Shown: positions 39,558 to 40,573 of the stretch, piece after piece | Layout of the letters: each line of letters starts with the position of its first letter | How positions within the stretch are numbered: position 1 is the first letter of the stretch | Assembly (NCBI GenBank): GCA_007123515.1 | Contig: SKKY01000018.1 | Coordinates: 1 to 40,573, forward strand | DNA length: 40,573 nucleotides | Direction of reading: 5' to 3' | Origin: Clostridia bacterium | Lineage (GTDB): Bacteria; Bacillota; Peptococcia; Peptococcales; SKKY01 | Translations under genes and position numbers: made by a program | Notes under the pieces: model-generated | Database searches by the model: none | The model's input: the letters and a program-made list of their open reading frames with translations, nothing else | Told to the model about the DNA's origin: nothing

Positions 39558-40573
39558 AAAAAGCAGTAATAAATTCATTAATCTCTCCATCCATTACAGC
39601 ATTCACATTTCCTTTTTCATAGTTGGTTCTGTGATCTTTAACCATATTGTATGGATGGAACACATAGGAACGGATCTGGCTTCCCCAGCCTATATCCTGC
39701 TGTTCTCCCTGAATTTTAGACATTTCTATTTCCTGTACCTTCAACCGTAGTTCAAGAAGTTTTGATTTTAGCAGTTTCATGGCGGTAGCCCTGTTTTTTA
39801 TCTGTGATCTCTCATTTTGACACTGAACAACGGTGTTCGTTGGCAAATGTGTGATTCGTACGGCCGAGTCTGTCGTATTGATATGCTGTCCACCGGCTCC
39901 ACCGGCTCTGAAGGTTTCAACTTTTAAATCCTTTGCATCCACCTCTATCGATGAATCATCTTCCGGCACTTCAGGCATGACTTCGACGGCAGCAAAAGAG
40001 GTATGTCTTCTGCCAGAGGAGTCAAAAGGTGAAATCCGAACCAAACGATGCACTCCCTTTTCGGCTTTTAGATATCCGAAAGCAAAACTTCCTTCTATTA
40101 ATATTGTGGCGCTTTTAACACCGGCTTCTTCTCCGGAAAGATAATCTAAAACAGTCGATTTATAGCCATTTTGTTCGGCCCAGCGAAGATACATCCGGTA
40201 TAACATCTCTGCCCAGTCCTGGCTTTCTGTTCCGCCGGCACCGGGATGAATGCTTACAATCGCACTGTTTTGATCGTATGGCTCCGAAAGGAGTGTTTCA
40301 ATTTCCATCGCATCGGTTTTTATCAAAAGGGACTTTATCAGTTTCTTCACTTCTTTTTCATATTCTTTTTCTTCTTCACTTAATTCATTGGCGATCTCAA
40401 GATTTTCAAGCTCTTCTGTCAGTGCTTCATATTTAGTGATAACATCTTTTAAGATCCTCATATCGCGCATCAATGACTGCGCTCGTTCCTGATCGTTCCA
40501 AAACTCAGGATCCATCGTTTGCTCTTCTATTTTTTGCAAAGCCTCTTTCTTTGAAGCTGGGTCAAAGTGAATC
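39529..40573 (-). CDS. prfB: peptide chain release factor 2, requires programmed +1 frameshift (5' end outside window)
   Basis: SPF motif (RISPFDS), GGQ motif ([18 protein letters not shown]), EFWND. The reading frame continues upstream through [16 protein letters not shown] to the recoding site at 40561-40567. Confidence 0.95.
   Translation of the reverse strand, partial: IHFDPASKKEALQKIEEQTMDPEFWNDQERAQSLMRDMRILKDVITKYEALTEELENLEIANELSEEEKEYEKEVKKLIKSLLIKTDAMEIETLLSEPYDQNSAIVSIHPGAGGTESQDWAEMLYRMYLRWAEQNGYKSTVLDYLSGEEAGVKSATILIEGSFAFGYLKAEKGVHRLVRISPFDSSGRRHTSFAAVEVMPEVPEDDSSIEVDAKDLKVETFRAGGAGGQHINTTDSAVRITHLPTNTVVQCQNERSQIKNRATAMKLLKSKLLELRLKVQEIEMSKIQGEQQDIGWGSQIRSYVFHPYNMVKDHRTNYEKGNVNAVMDGEINEFITAFLKKQATGGK
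40561..40567 (-). promoter_or_regulatory. prfB: prfB +1 frameshift site CUU UGA C
   Basis: The minus strand reads GAU UCA CUU UGA CCC. The in-frame UGA (40562-40564) ends the 0 frame, and shifting +1 at CUU U gives GAC CCA GCU..., in frame with the 336-codon body. Confidence 0.9.

Overview
A 40.6 kb chromosomal segment from a low-GC Firmicute. Gene content and order look Clostridia-like and possibly acetogen-like, but the taxon cannot be verified from the sequence alone. About 36 of about 41 genes sit on the minus strand in tightly spaced, co-oriented operons, and most are core housekeeping genes. Reading down the minus strand from high to low coordinates: prfB (recoded, 5' end outside the window); split transketolase, ftsE, ftsX and ctp; uvrB, uvrA, uvrC, a Cof-type HAD hydrolase, rapZ, whiA and a ferredoxin missing from the ORF track; gap, a fused pgk-tpi, gpmI and eno; secG and a membrane pyrophosphatase; a hotdog thioesterase, rnr, smpB and ssrA (tmRNA, not in the ORF track). 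Next comes a more accessory stretch. It holds an MBL-rhodanese / SLC13 / split YeeE-YedE sulfur or selenium handling operon, a hidden 23-codon hydrophobic ORF, a cytoplasmic alpha-amylase, a RelE/RHH toxin-antitoxin cassette, ywbE and a DEAD-box helicase. The plus strand carries only a partial ORF, an ECF sigma / anti-sigma / PepSY-repeat three-gene module at the left end, and an SLT lytic transglycosylase near the right end. I saw no rRNA, tRNA, CRISPR array, transposase or integrase. The least conventional items are: (1) the sigma module, where an ECF-type sigma is paired with an RsgI-like, PepSY-tipped anti-sigma plus a paralogue that has no anti-sigma domain; (2) the sulfur/selenium operon, whose MBL domain has a non-canonical metal motif and which has no regulator or TusA partner; (3) the covalent PGK-TIM fusion. 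All functional calls rest on motifs read by eye from the translations. No database search was possible.
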